A stretch of 64,000 nt of DNA from Strigamia acuminata (taxonomy: Eukaryota), in contig OX442314.1 of the NCBI GenBank assembly GCA_949358305.1, forward strand, positions 558,001 to 622,000, written 5' to 3'. Below the pieces are notes generated by a model that had not been told where the DNA came from, made no database searches, and saw only the letters and a list, made by a program, of their open reading frames with translations. The first letter of the stretch is position 1, and every line of letters starts with the position of its first letter. Shown one piece after another: positions 1-21,223 of the stretch. The translations under genes and the position numbers were made by a program.

Positions 1-1033
1 TTTTTCTTAATAAGTAATTTAAAAAAAGAGAGAATTAACCTAGAACGACTGAAACCGGTCATTTTGACCGGTTGAAATAGCATGAACGATACACAATATA
101 TGAACAATACATGCATAATATGTGCGTACAATGTTTTGGCGTCAAATTGAGTTGATTTAAATTCAGAACATTTCAGAAGAAATTCAGCCATTGTAGTGAG
201 GTGTTGTTAGTAATACTAGATCCAGTCAATCTACCGGGTGACCTAAATAAAACAGGCCCAACTATACAAGGAGGGTTACTAAGGGTGTCTCAAAAAATGT
301 ATACACTGTTGAATTAATTATACATTAGTTATTAGTTTCTGGTGAACTTTTTTCTGTTCTTTCGTTCGATGTTTAGTTTTTGACAATCGGAGATTTTGTT
401 CTCAAGGTATTTGCGATTTTAATCAATTTTTGTCCCAATTTGCCAAGTTTGATTGCACTAGTCATTTCTGAATTTCAGATTTTGTGCTACTTTTTGAATC
501 TTCAGCAGTACTTTTGTGGATTTCTTCAGATGTATCAGTATGAGATCATGCAAAATTTTGCTAGAATTTGAAAGATCTTGTGAAATTTTGCTATGTAGAT
601 TTTGGTAAATTTTGCTATGTAAATTTTGTTAAATTTTGCTGTGTACATTTTGTTAAATTTTGTGAGATTTTACCTAAAGTAAAGTGATATGGTACCACAA
701 AATCGAGAGTAAAATTGATTAAAATTGCAAATATCTCGTGAACGAAAGTTCGGAGAGGAATAAACTGACCAAGAAACGTTAATTAAACAACACTGCCCAG
801 CTTCTGTGTGTGACAGGACGGTTGCCGGTGTAGCGTGCCTAACAGCACTGCCACACAGTGAGATAGGTGACCCCACCCCCAGACAACGAATTAAAGGTCA
901 AAACCCAACAATCTGGAGTCCCTGTCTCGTTATTACGCGAGTATGCGTCCCTCCCATTGTAGTAAATCCCCATACTGCATTGGGTAAGACCATATCCAGT
1001 CAAAATTGATGTATACTGTATTTAATTGAACAG

Positions 1034-9889
<8,856 letters not shown>

Positions 9890-10108
9890 AAGAAGATTTT
9901 TCCTCGTCCGAGGGAAGAAAGATTGTACCCCATATTGGAGATTTAACACAAGCAGATTTAAATCATGTTTTGTTTGTTTATTTTTTTATTCTTATTCTTA
10001 AGGCCAGAGACGTTGACCAACCGAATTTTTCTCATAAAAATCATAAATTGTCGTCAAAGTCTAAAATTGACTTGAGATTCGTCAAGAAATTGTCACATTT
10101 ATCATGAG

Positions 10109-10576
10109 TAGGGCCCGGATAAATGCATAAATGCGTAGGAATTATTTTTATTCAATAAAAAGCCGGAATTTGCTATAAATGCATATTTTTCGAAAATGAG
10201 AAAATAAATGCATAAATCGCCATTTTTCCGGAAAGAAACGATACGTATCATGTACGTATCAATTTTTGCCTTTTTTTAAAGACACGTGTCGTGTATGTAT
10301 GCTTGCGTTCGGAAAACTGAGGACTTTGCCAAAAACAGACACCAGGGGAAGTCATTAAATTAGTGTCTAGAAAAAGTTTTAAGAAATAAAAAAAAATATA
10401 AAAAAAGATGATCCATTTACATCAAGAATGCTTAGAAATGGCATTAAGTTGTTATTTAACACCTGATTTCACTCGAATAAATTTATTTATTTATTTATTT
10501 TGCATAAAATGGAATTTTTAATGCATATTTTATGCGCATAAAACGAATTTTATTTTGCATAAATATCCGGGGTCTA
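10109..10576. mobile_element. hAT-type MITE just downstream of the ALK stop (probable 3' UTR)
   Basis: TAGGGCCCGGAT...ATCCGGGGTCTA termini, 8-bp TSD ATCATGAG. Confidence 0.85.
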
Positions 10577-11649
10577 ATCATGAGGGTCCATTGGCCTCTG
10601 ATCAGTTGGTACGTCATTATGGCGGGGACCGACGTTCATAAATACTCTACGTTTGTGAATGTCGGCTCCTCGAGAGCTTTTTTTTAAATTTTTTTTAAAT
10701 TTGTTATGAATTCGTTTAGTTGAGTAGAAAGATTTAGGAAAGTGTGTACAACTGTACATTGTGTATATTTTTACATCAATTTTAGCTCTATTTATTTATT
10801 TTTTATTTAACTTTTTTTATTTATGTAAAATGTAATTATTAGTATATAAAACAATGATAATCGTATTTAATAAATAAATAAATAAATAAATAAATATTAA
10901 TGACGATATTTATATTTTCTGTGCTAAGTAGCCAAAGTTCTGTCCAAAATGGTCGGAATGAAATAAACCAATATAAAATACTATAAATACTTAGCAGATT
11001 TTTATATGTAGGGAAAAAAATAAATTGAAAAAAAATAAAAAATGCCATTGTAAACGTTTTATGTTTGTAATGATATAACGAAATAGAGACAACACAAAAT
11101 ATTGTAATTAATCAATTCTAGTTGTTGGTGGGTTTGAAAAACTGTAGAACGACTTAAAAACGAAATAAATTCTGTAATAAGATGTCCACTCGGCTGTTTA
11201 TTGAGCGAAAATCTCCAATTTTACAAGTGGAGAAATCGAAAAATTATACTGCGAATTTACCGCCATTTTATTTCGTTATTTCGTTAACAATTTTAGCACG
11301 AAGCGGCGCCACTCGTCCCACAATGCACTTATATCTCTTATTTTTCTCAAGAGGAATTTTTAACGGAAGTTTGAATAGAAAAAAACGAATAAAGAAAGAA
11401 ACAAAAAACAAAATAAAAATAAATTTTAAAAAAAGGCTTAATCAACCTGTGGATTTAATGCCGGAGAACAAACTTGCAACAACAACAACAAAAATCGATA
11501 TTTGAAGCTACAAATCCATGCATTTCTTTCAATAAAACCGAAAATAATGATTTAATTCGCCACCAGACGATGTTTTGGCAAAAACGACGCGAATTTATGC
11601 TTATTTGAACGCATTTTAATGCGATTTATGTTTACAATTTGATCGAAAG

Positions 11650-14600
11650 GGCTAAAAATAGCGGATGACGTCATTCGGACAAGTGCATGATTTATTGAAC
11701 GATCGAAAAAGATGGGGAACGAAAGCAGAAATAGAAAAGCGTCAATTTGTACGCGCACGTTTAGAATGTAGTGCGCAAGCGCAGCTGTTGCGGGCTGCGG
11801 GTAAAAGCCCTCCGCCCCCGCTTTTCAAGTTGCAAATGCGTGGGCATCGATCCGATGACGGAGCAGCGGGATCTCGCGGCGACCGCCAAAATCAAACTGC
11901 ACGCGTAAATATCCTCGAATGACGTCACTCGTCGTCGTCGTCAAGCCGCGGCGATGGCGTCAACGTGAAAAGCGGCACGTGTGCGTGATTATGTGTCCCG
12001 ATACCTGTTAATGCACGTCGACGAATCAACGATTGAATTCCAGGAGCAGGTGCGAGTGCAGGCGCATCTTTTTATTCGCCATGCACCGCATGTCGGCACC
12101 GGTCGCAATCGCCGCCACGGACGAACACGAATAACGGAAACACGAACAACACCAAAAGGTAATAATTTGCATATTTAAATTTGTGCATATATTACGAGTT
12201 GGAGCGATTTTTATTTTCCGCAAATCTTTATCTTTTCCTTTCCCGAACCTTGAATTTCAGGTTTTCGGACCAACGCAAAAATTCAAATGTTGCGCCTTGT
12301 GACGTCATTAGCACACACGACGTTTTGTATCACGGTAGTGGCATTTTGTTCACTATTTTTCTAGTTATCTTTGCAATTGGCATCGGGTGTCCCGGAGCCC
12401 CGCACGCGTCGCTGCTCAGTTAAACCTTGACCTTTGCTCATCATTATTCTCGTGCTCGTGCGCGCACCCGAACCCGACTCGGATGGCGCGAACAAGTGCT
12501 GCGCGGCGCGCGTGCGCGTGCGCCGTGGACGGCGCTTGCGTTAGTGGCAAGAGTTGAGTTCGGCTCGGAACGGAGCCCCGCGTGCCACTCGGCCATGGAG
12601 GGCCCATCGGGGCCGGCGGGGGCGGACTCGGGCTGAGCGGCGCAAGATCGGACGGCAACCCTTCACAGTCGTACGTACTCGCGCTTTGCGTTTTCGTCAT
12701 TTGAGTCATGTGACCTTTGCATTTGGAATGTTGCGCGGCTCCCTCCGCATGCAGCATCAGGTGCATAGATACAATAGACAGATAGAAGCTATAAATACAT
12801 TTTGGCATTGTTTTATCAGTTTGGTCGCAAATTGTGCGAAAGAAAAGCGTTTTTCGGTTTTTTCGATTTGTTTTCTTTTCAGTTGCGGATGTGAATTGTT
12901 GGAGGGAATTTTCGTTGTTTTTAATGTTGGTTTCAGGGTTCTTTTGCGGGTTTCCATGGTGACGGTTTGCATGAATGACGCCAATGGGATGACGCGGGCG
13001 AGTAAACTCGATGCGAATTTGCTTTTCTTTTTCTTTTAAACTCGACAAAGCCAATTTCGTTGGGTTTTTGTCGAACGATTTTCTTCGTTTGTTTTGCTTT
13101 CGTTTGCGTTTGCTTTTGTTGGTTTTTCGGAAATGGGTTTGTGGTTTGCTCGTCAAGGTCGACAAATTTGTATTTTTTCGAAATTTGCGTCGAATTCGGC
13201 TTTAGAAATTGATTTTGTGTTGATTTTTCGGCAAATTGCATTAAATTCGACAAAATTTTGCATTTAAAATAAAAAAAAAATAAGCGTCGAAATGGATTTT
13301 TCGAAATTTTTTGAAAATAAAAATTATTGTTGGATGATTGATTTTTCGGCAAATTGCATTGAATTCGACATAATTTTTCATTTTTCGTCAAAATGGATTT
13401 TTCGAAATTTTTCGAAAATTGCGTCGGATTTGGCGAAAATGGATAAATTCAGATCGAATTTTTAAAAAATGCATTTTTTTTTTTGCTAAAAATTAGGTCA
13501 AACATTTAAATTTCGAAACAATGCATCCTAAAATCGCCGAATTTCGAAAAACATGTCGACAAAACAAATTTTTCGAAAAAATGCGTCGAAAGAAGGAAAA
13601 AATCAAAGACATTCATTTGAAAAAAAAAAAAATAGATGAAGAGGAAATTTTAAATGCAGCAAAATGCATTGTTGCATCAAGATTCGAGATTTGCGGGGAA
13701 TGCAAAAAGGGTTTGATTGTTTATTGATCGATTATCGATGTCACCTTGGAACGGCCAAGTCTAACTGGTCGCTCTCGGTCGTCATTCTAATGAAGGTGAA
13801 GCAACATTTCTATTTTTAGACCTCGATCGATACGACGCACGTTAGCGCATTGACGTCACACTTTGTGCGCACGCGCGCTCGGCCTCGTTCATTCATTGTT
13901 TGCTGGAATCGCGCGTCATTGAAGAATCGAGCAGTTTCATTCACCGTGGCGCGCGCATGCTGCAGCCTCGATCTCGTTTTTTCGCCGTCGCCATGGCAAC
14001 TTGTTTTCAACGAATTTCTCCGGTTCGATAATTCGTCGTAAAGGGGCGCGGTGCTAAAAATAGACCGGATGTTGATGATGCGATGCGATGCGATCAAGGA
14101 TGCGATGCCATATGCGATGCCACGCACGCGCGTGCGCATTAAAAATTAAAAATTAAAAATTGCAAAACAAATTAAAGAATTTATCTCATTCATTTTTTTC
14201 CCTCCGCCCACAAGGGCGCGCGTCACGGTTTTTTCATAATTATTTGTGATTGCGAAACCGGAAGTTGTTTTGCTTTGAATGGAATTGCAAATGGCCGTTT
14301 GCGCCTTGAACGAGCGAGATTACGATCCATTGAAGGAAGAAAACTGGGTCATATCGCTTTTCCTGCTTGTTTACGTCGGCAGCGCCGCGGTGGCGATAAA
14401 GCGAAACTGGGGTCACGAATTTCAAGTTGCGAGATAAGACCTTGAACGGACACGATCATCGTCATTAATAAACGACGGATCGATGTATCAATGAGATGCG
14501 CTGACGTAATTTAATCTCAATGGTTTTAACTGCAAATGACGAATGACGTCATGAGTGACCGGCCGAGGTTGCTAGGAGAATTTAATGGCGATCTTCCCGC

Positions 14601-15600
14601 GATGATCGATTTCGAGAAGCACGCACTTATTTATTTCAATAAATCTAATGAATACATTGAAGGAAATGCAAGTTTTCATTCACACGACGAAGCCATTTAT
14701 TATTTTTAAATTTCCGTTTTCTTTTCGTGAATGATTTTCGTTTTTCTTGTATCGGGGTAAAGGGAAAAGGTGAAAGGTTAGCGAAAGTAGGTCAGAAATG
14801 ACGTCACTCGCAGCCTCATTTTGCGCACGAAGATTTAGCGAGGAGAAGCATCGCCACGGAAACCGATTTGTATCGGATTTTAAAAAATCGATGAGCGAGA
14901 GGCGTAACACCATTCACAAACGTGGTTCGGTGCGCCATCAATGAGCTCGCAGCTCCGCTTAACGAGGACAAGTCGATTTGAAAATGTATGAACGAGACAC
15001 GAATCCATTGAGAAAATAATGCCCGTTGCGAGCGCTGTGTTGGTTGGCGCCCTCGCGTGGCGAAACCGCCAAGCCGCATCAAGGTGTTTTCTTTTTCCTT
15101 TCATTTTTTTCCGTTGAAATTCGATGCTTTATTTATTCATTTTTTCGTTCGGTTTAACGACGATTCCGGCTGTTTAATTTTTTTTAATTTTTTTATCAGT
15201 TGCCAACTCGGATGTTACATCCGGGAACCCGCGGCTTCCGGCCTGGCGAAAAAGATGCGGTTTGGGGGTTGTTTAGGCCTAACGAGCACTTTCTGGCAGC
15301 CAATCAGGCGTGGTTAATCGTTACCACGTGACAAACGACTGGAGATAGAATAAAAATTGGTGTGTTTTGATTTTTCAATATCGCTCGCTCGGGATTGGCT
15401 GGTGGCCGAACGAAAAACAATTTCTATTGGCTTTTGCTTTTCCATGTCACATTTTATATCCCATCCCCTATCCCGTGCAGTTTTGCAATGGGGATTGGAT
15501 TCGTCGAGTCGATTGTGTTCACAAGTGAACTGGATGTAAACAAAAGTTGGAATAATCCGTGTCGTTTATTAATGAGCGCATCTATTTATAGCGGCGACCG
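11650..15600. promoter_or_regulatory. CRE/MEF2/nuclear-receptor site cluster (candidate inducible enhancer-promoter)
   Basis: TGACGTCA at 11666, 11920, 12300, 13851, 14544, 14799; CTA(W)4TAG at 11652, 13810, 14054, 15582; AP-1 TGAGTCA 12702; TGACCTTT at 12428 and 12711; AAAGTAGGTCA 14784; CpG-rich, no convincing ORF. Confidence 0.6.
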
Positions 15601-16060
15601 CGGCAAATCTTGTCTTCGCACTAAATTTCAATGTCAACCGAACCACAACAATTTTAATTTACTCTCGGAAACTTTTACGGACTCGCGCCGAAGCGTGATA
15701 ACGACTAAACGACAAACAACATGGCCGCCGCCGTCGAACCCCCGCACAATTTAATTTAATTCGTTAATAAATTAATAAAAAATTTAATAATTAATTTAAT
15801 AATTTCTATTTTTTAAATTTCGAATTTATTTCGTTTTTAATTTTTAATTTTGCAATTGAATAATAATTTCGGGGTGGGTTTGTCGTTTTCTCTTACCTGG
15901 TTCGCCATAGGTCTCGGCTATGGGTGGCGTGGCGGGTCATCGCCGTCGACCAATGGGAGAAGCGCGCCACCTCCAGTCCGCCATGGCGCCGGGTCTCGAC
16001 TCGTGTCTTCGTCGTTTCGGCAACGAGCGAGCTTGTTTTCGGCGCGATTTCGTCGCCACG

Positions 16061-16071
16061 ATGAATTGCAG
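16061..16071 (+). CDS. Candidate alternative first coding exon of Spred (MNC-S)
   Basis: ATG AAT TGC AG|GTACGG; phase 2, matching the Spred exon at 26877; in-frame ATGs further upstream at 15920 and 15983. Confidence 0.4.
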
Positions 16072-17538
16072 GTACGGTTATATCGTCCCGATTTCCGTCC
16101 CGGAAGTCTCGCCGCCATTTTCTCGAGTTTTCCGGCTTTTGTTTCGTCCGCGGCGCCGATTTGCATCGCTTTGCTCGACTCTGCATTTCATTTTTTCATT
16201 TTGATTTACCAATTTTTATTTCTCGCTTTTTCAATGGCGATCGCTTGGATTTTCGGTTCCGATTGATTGGGGATTTGGATTTGGACGTTGTTTTCTGCTT
16301 CCGGTTTGTTTGGGCTTTGTTTTTGGTATAATCCGTCTCTCGGGTTTTTTTTTTTTAAATTGTTTTTCAATGAAAAATTGAGGCTTTATTTCTGCCATAT
16401 TGGTTTTCATCCTTCTTGGAAAATTAATCAATTTTTATTTTTATAATTTTGTGTATTTTTTTTTATTTATTTAATAATTCTTTCTAATTAGGCCTAAAAC
16501 TCCGCTCGGGAGTGGCTTCACCTGACCACTACAGGTTGAAAGTGAAAGGAATCGATGCATTTACCCTGACTTGAGCTTGTCGTCAATGATAACGTGTAAA
16601 AACAAAATAGGCCTAACCAAGTTGCATGCGATTTTCCATCCCCACCTGCAATGGCTGCCGAGATTAATTGTATTAACCAATGAATGAGAGGAACGATAAT
16701 TTTTAGACATTGCATAAAATTGTAGAATTGTATACATTTTTGTTCAATTAGGGCCCTGAAAATGGTTTCGAGCACGGGCCCCCGGACCTTAGAATCCGCT
16801 TGTGACTTGCGGGGCCTAATACCTTGTTCGCGCCAGAAAGCTTGGGCTAGCCTGAAATTTAAATCTAGTTCTGGATGATTTAGCCTACAATATGATTAGG
16901 CTAATGCATTCACACGAAGAATAAAGGCTAGGCTAGCATGCAGCCAATACAATAGACAATCAACTGACCATACTGCGCACGGAATTGTGGGAAGTGACAT
17001 TGGTAGTTATCTAGTTTGCACAACTGGATTAGGATTATTTAGTTTAAAAATTTTTAAACTAGATAATTTTGGGCTAGATTGGTTTGCTCTAAGAACTAGA
17101 ACTAGATTTAAATGTTAGGCTAGCCCAAACTTTGTGGTGCTCAGTATAAACCAGTATAAACCAAGTTTGGGTTAGGCTAAGTTTGAGTTAGGACAGAACT
17201 GACAGAACTGGCAAATACCGAGCAGCCGGTCGTCATGGGGCCTGAAACAGGGCTGGACTGGGTAGAAATTTAGTACCGGGAAATCTGGATGGGTAACCCT
17301 GCTACTGCTATCCTATATGCATCAATTCTGTACAGCAGATGCAAAAGGAGTTAACCAATCTCGGTCTGCGACCACCGAAACCAGTACATTGAGATCAATT
17401 GCGTGGTTTGGTTTTCACAGTTTTGCTATTGTGGTGGCCATTGTGGTGGGATGTTACGTTACTAAAGGTCTACACAGGATTTGTCACTCAGTTTGCGACA
17501 GGTAATTTTCCCTTACAATTATGACATTTTTTACACTA

Positions 17539-18883
17539 AGGTGCGGCACAAAAAATTATGAACACATGGGATTTGTACGTTTTGAAATGATCTCGTCGTT
17601 TTACGGTTTTCTAACCTATTCCAATCGTTTTTTACATCAAAATAACCAAGAAACCTTGCTTTTGAAAATGGAAACTTTTAATTTTCTCTTAATCAACAAA
17701 AATGAAAAAATACCTAGGTTCAAAAAATTATGAACAGTAGGTTAACAATGATTTATGACAATGTAGGGAATGATTTAGTATCATTTAATACCCAATAAAG
17801 TTACCCTGCGTTAGGATAACTATGTACACCCTGTCTGAAATGGAATTAATTAGTGATTTTAAAATTGAAAAGTAGCCGCAGCTTTGTGGGCTGGGGCATT
17901 GTCTTGCTGAAAGGTGGCTTTTCTGCCTTCGAGTCTAGTTTTGTAGGGACGTAAATGATTCTTTAGCATGTCCTGATATGCATTTGCATACATCCTTCCA
18001 GAAATTAAGGCTAAAGATGTTTTTTCCTTAAAACTAAAACCACTCCATATCATCACAATTCCTCCACCTTTGAAAAATACTCCTCTTCTTTATTTAAATT
18101 ATGCCAATAGTATTTATTGCCATCTGGGCCATTAAGGTTGAACTTTTTTCATCACAGAAAATTATTTTTCTCCATTCTGCATCCCAGGTTGGATATTTTC
18201 TTTGTGCTTCTTTTTCAGGAATGGTTTTACCTTCTTTTTCATCTACTTACTATTGTCATTCTTCTTCAAAACTCAAGTAACTGTGGTATTTTATACATTT
18301 ACACTCAATTCATTAGCAATTTTTTGAGCAGACTGATTTTTATTTACAGCCAAATGGAAAATGCGTCGCAGATCATGTTGTTTCAGTTTGCTTTTTCTCA
18401 CACACTTCTTTCTCTAAGTCAAACTACTTTTGCCATTGATGTATTGTGATACGGTAGACTTTGCTTTGTTCAACCGACTTGCAATTACGCTGAGAGAGAC
18501 TTTTTCAGCTACTAGAGTATCAATTTTGGCAGCATGGTATGAAATCGCCATTTCCACATTAAAATCACTAATTAATTCCATGTCAGACAGGCTGTACATA
18601 GTTATCCTAAAGTAGGATAACTTTATTTGGTATTAAATGGTACTAAATCATTGCTTACATTGTCATAAATCATTGTTAACCTATTGTTCATAATTTTTTG
18701 AACCTAGGTACTTTTTCATTTTAGTTGATTACGACAAAAATTAAAAGTTCCCATGTTCAAAAACAAGGTTTCTTGGTTATTTTGATGTAAAAAAACGATT
18801 GGAATAGGTTAGAAAACCATAAAATAACGAGATCATTTCAAAATGTACAAATCCCATGTGTTCATAATTTTTGTGCCGCACCT
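17539..18883 (-). mobile_element. Decayed Tc3-like Tc1/mariner transposon
   Basis: TA TSD, ~280-bp TIRs starting AGGTGCGGCACAAAAATTATGAACAC; fragmented transposase with IFCDEKKFNLNGPDG, VMIWSGFS and FQQDNAPAH motifs; broken reading frame and C-terminus missing. Confidence 0.9.
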
Positions 18884-19413
18884 TATGTGTGTAGTGTAAG
18901 GTAAAAGTGTTAGGATTTGGGTGCTGGTTCAAGTTTTATGTTATAGTTATAAAATTAGACTTAACCTTATACATGTCACGTGATTTCCGAAACTAGTATT
19001 GTCTCGTTAACATAAAAAGAGAGAATTCATGTTTTTAACTGTTTGAAAACAATTAGATAAACCGTTAAACGTGTGAATGAAGCGGAGAATTTAAAATGGC
19101 GGCGGAAGAGGTGATTGCTAATCCAAATTTTTAGCCAGTGACGTAAATAGTGGAAAACTACGCTGTGTTCAGTTATATAGTGTAAGCTCTGGTAGAGTTA
19201 TAAGTTTTCCACTAACAAGTAAGCTTATAGCCATGACGGGGGTTTTTATAAAGGAAAAGTAGCTGCCGCAAACTGTGTATTGTCTGATATGTATTTACAG
19301 TGAGTGGGAACAAATAGATGATTTTTAGAAATAATAATAAAGAATTTGAGTGTTTTGTGTTTGAATTTGCTAGAATGGCGCCAACGTTGGCTAATTTGAG
19401 CTAGAATTACAAG

Positions 19414-19562
19414 TATACTCTTTCCACACTCAAGGTTGACCCTGGAAGCTGGGCTCCCATTGGCCTACTTAGAACTGCAATGTAACTATATTGCATTGCA
19501 TTTCTAAGTAGGCCAATGGGAGCCCAGCTTCCAGGGTCAACCTTGAGTGTGGAAAGAGTATA
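19414..19562. mobile_element. Near-perfect ~149-bp palindromic MITE
   Basis: TATACTCTTTCCACACTCAAGGTTGACCCTGGAAGCTGGGCTCCCATTGGCCTACTTAGAA and its exact reverse complement. Confidence 0.85.
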
Positions 19563-19671
19563 GATGTGTTTTTGTTTTGTTTAAAATGTTGTATAATGAA
19601 ATGTTGATGTTTTTGTGTGTTTTCAGTAGATGCTCATGCACCAATACACCATCATTGTGTTAGGAGGAGAG

Positions 19672-19691
19672 ATGGCCGAATCAAGTCCCAG
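19672..19691 (+). CDS. Candidate alternative first coding exon of Spred (MAESSP-S) within exon 19627-19691
   Basis: Strong acceptor TTTTCAG at 19626, strong donor CAG|GTGAGT at 19692, phase 2 in frame with exon 26877; upstream TCAGTT Inr-like motif (~19169) and donor GTAAGC (19219) suggest a non-coding first exon. Confidence 0.55.
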
Positions 19692-19879
19692 GTGAGTTGG
19701 TTTGTGGCGGAAGTAGACTGGGAGTGACATCATCTTTGGACAATCGCTATTCTGTGTCCCTGTTGCTGTTTCTTTCTCTTTCTGTCGTCGTGGAAAGGAA
19801 ATGTGGACATTTTTTGACATTGTTCGACGTTTGTTTGTCGTTTTGTTTGAATTAACACGAAATGATGTTGTTGAATTTG

Positions 19880-20340
19880 ATTAATTTGTCAGAATTGTCG
19901 ACAAAATTGCAAAATTTGTCAGAATTTTCGACAAAATTGAAAAATTTGTCTGAATTTTTGACAAAATTGCAAAATTTGTCAGAATTTTCGATAAAATTGC
20001 AAAATTTGTCAGAATTTTGGACAAAATTGCAAAATTTGTCTGAATTTTGGACAAAATTGCAAAATTTGTCTGAATTTTCGACAAAATTGCAAAATTTGTC
20101 AGAATTTTGGACAAAATTGCAAAATTTGTCTGAATTTTGGACAAAATTGCAAAATTTGTCTGAATTTTCGACAAAATTGCAAAAATTGTCAGAATTTTTG
20201 ACAAAATTGCAAACTTTGTCAGAATTTTCGACAAAATTGCAAAATTTGTCAGAACTTTCAAGAAAATTGCGAAATTTGTGATAAATTTGAACAAAACTGC
20301 GACATTTGCGATAAATTTCGGCAAAATTACGAAATTTGTG
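19880..20340. repeat. 30-bp minisatellite
   Basis: (AGAATTTTCGACAAAATTGCAAAATTTGTC)n, about 13 copies. Confidence 0.9.
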
Positions 20341-21223
20341 ACAAATTTAGATGAGTTTACGGCAAAAAATATGCCAACTCTAATTACTGCTTGAAAATTG
20401 ATGTATTATTTGCATTGAAGTGAAGTGAGCTCATTTCATTTCTTCGAATTTTCCCTCCCGTTTATTTATTATGTATTTATTTATTTATTTATTTATTTAT
20501 TTACTTATTTATTTATTACATTTCAAACTTGCGAGCGAAATAATAGAGAACACCACATCAAACAAATTTTGAAAAAGTGTGAAAACCTAAATTGAATAAA
20601 ATATATTTTAATAAAATTATTTTTCTGCACACTAAATTATATTTTGCCGTGTATGCACCAACAGGAATTTATTTGTCGGTTTGATTTACTTGTTAGACAA
20701 TAAGCGGCTAGGCGCGTTCAAAGTTTCAGCGGACGTTATAACTACAGTTCTATTTTACTTAACGTTTGATTTAAAAATAATGCCTGAAAATTGTTTATTG
20801 TATTTTTAAATGTTATTTTTAAATCAAACGTTAAATCAAATTGAAGTATATTTATAACGTTCGCCAAAAATGTGAATGCGGGATGTCGGTTGTCCGCCAT
20901 TTGTCCGCAAAATAACGTCATTTTGTACCGTTTCGGCCGGATGTCGCCACGAACATAAGACAGAATCGCATTACAGTCTAATAACGATTAAATTGTGTTA
21001 GATGTGAAGTCCTGTCGTTGATCGTTCTAGGTTAAATGAAAGAAAAGCAATTTTTATGCTCCATGTACTTGCAAACGATACAACAAATGGGCCTAAGAAC
21101 GAACACACAACATTTTCCTACTATTTTGACTGTTTTTGTAAATGGTATAAACCGAATGTTTGAGCACACCTATTCCAAATTGTCAGTTCAGTTCATATGG
21201 CAAGACAAAAACACCAACTAAAC

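Noticed and set aside
11676..11690. Partial match to the miR-92 reverse complement (GGACAAGTGCA)
   Set aside because: Only 11 nt, seed incomplete, no precursor hairpin seen.
12416..13165. 249-aa minus-strand ORF with an internal signal-peptide-like start (MPKCIYSF...)
   Set aside because: Low-complexity K/N-rich and Pro-rich sequence, no recognisable domain, overlaps the motif-rich regulatory region; cannot be supported as coding.
19475..19502. miR-33-like TTGCATTGCA in a hairpin
   Set aside because: It is the centre of a palindromic MITE and the seed does not match.
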